The position numbers were made by a program, and so were the translations under genes. Below the pieces are notes generated by a model. That model did not search any database and was not told where the DNA came from. It worked only from the letters and a program-made list of their open reading frames with translations. Positions 63,025-64,000 of a DNA stretch of 64,000 bases are shown piece by piece (the first letter of the stretch is position 1; every line of letters begins with the position of its first letter). The DNA comes from Chiloscyllium plagiosum (lineage: Eukaryota): NCBI RefSeq assembly GCF_004010195.1, contig NC_057719.1, positions 73,149,446 to 73,213,445 on the forward strand. Direction: 5' to 3'.

Positions 63025-64000
63025 TTTACCAGAAGAGAATTTGGGTATTTCCTAAAGTTACACTGGATTCAACATAAGGATAGCTCCATACCATCCATCA
63101 TTCAGTGGCCCAGCAGAAAGAGCATACCAAACTTTGAAGGCTTGCATGAAGAAACAGCCTACAGCCTCGCTAGATACGAAGATGTTGCGGTTCTTATTTG
63201 GCAATAAGACCACCCCACATGCAACTACTGGGATAGTTAAGTCTGATTTTCAAAGACCTGGGATAGGGTGAAATGGCATCAGGACAATAATGTCGGACAC
63301 AAGGCTCTGCTGAGCGAGATACGGAGGAGTGGGTCGAAATTTGGTGTAAGAATCACAGAACAGCCCAACATGACCGATACAAGGTCAGGAACACAGCCAT
63401 ACATAGTTCAGGTCAGTATGACGGTCCTGACAAGCACGTGGACAATATGAAAGCCATAAACAGGCAAATAGAGCAAAATGTGCCTTCCACTCTCGGAACA
63501 GTCAGAAAGGCTGCTGAATCCTGTGGAATAACCTTCTCCATCAAGCGCTGATGAAATCTCAAAAACAGGTGATGGACATAATGGACTAGCTGTGTCGACA
63601 CCTTTGCCACCAGAAGAAGAGTGAAGTTCTACTGAGACCTTCCTGGCACAAGAGACAAGCTCTTGTGTATTACATGCTGCCCGTAGTGGACACCAAGTCT
63701 GAGGAACCTGACCTGGTACTCAAATGCCCAGGAAGTTTCTTCCAAGAGAAAGGATTGGCCAATGTCCTCGGACTCAGAGGGGAAGGGATGTATTGATTGT
63801 AACAACGCCAGCTAACTGGACCTCAGAATACAAGCTCCCTGAATGGGGCTGTTATGACAGATAAAAAGGGAAGTGCCAGAGATACTGCTACTCAGAACTC
63901 TAAAGAGGCAGTACTAAAGTCAAGGACTGTTCGTGTGTAAATAAAGGGTGATGGGATACCAGTCTCTGTGAAGCGCTGTTACATCTGTCTAGTTTCTCAT

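Larger units (their letters stand above)
60264..63983 (+). mobile_element. Decayed Ty3/Gypsy provirus with both LTRs (5' ~60264-60483; 3' ~63789-63983)
   Basis: gag LGELDLFDP..KDW..ILLTVCG..FSVIKSLTFP; RT ILKPNGSVPLCGDFK..YPLPQIEDL, FQYTRLPFGV; integrase remnant; PPT agaggggaaggga before the 3' TG; LTRs homologous to the solo LTRs. Confidence 0.88.

Noticed and set aside
55547..64000. Canonical FNTB exon 1, promoter, or neighbouring genes (CHURC1, GPX2, RAB15, MAX)
   Set aside because: No matching peptide or CpG island recognised; probably outside the window.
1..64000. CRISPR arrays or other prokaryotic systems
   Set aside because: No regularly spaced repeat-spacer arrays or operon-like ORFs; the DNA is intron-rich vertebrate sequence.

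Overview
Eukaryotic (cartilaginous fish, shark-like; inferred from the HE1-type SINEs and the CR1 repertoire) genomic DNA, mostly introns of one minus-strand gene, FNTB (protein farnesyltransferase beta subunit). Nine coding exons (equivalent to human exons 2-10; 923 nt, all GT-AG, one open frame) run from 55546 down to 340. No homologous exon 1 was found, and exons 11-12 lie beyond the left edge. The introns are packed with CR1 LINEs, HE1-like SINEs, a Rex1/Babar fragment, a decayed Gypsy provirus with related solo LTRs, and Penelope-like elements (PLEs). The most notable feature is about a dozen short PLE-derived insertions from at least four families. Most are inverted-repeat hairpins flanked by 10-15 bp direct repeats. 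They carry a minimal type I hammerhead ribozyme motif with a palindromic ACGU/AGCU stem III, an extra base after A9 and, in one family, a compensatory U3-A8 core pair.
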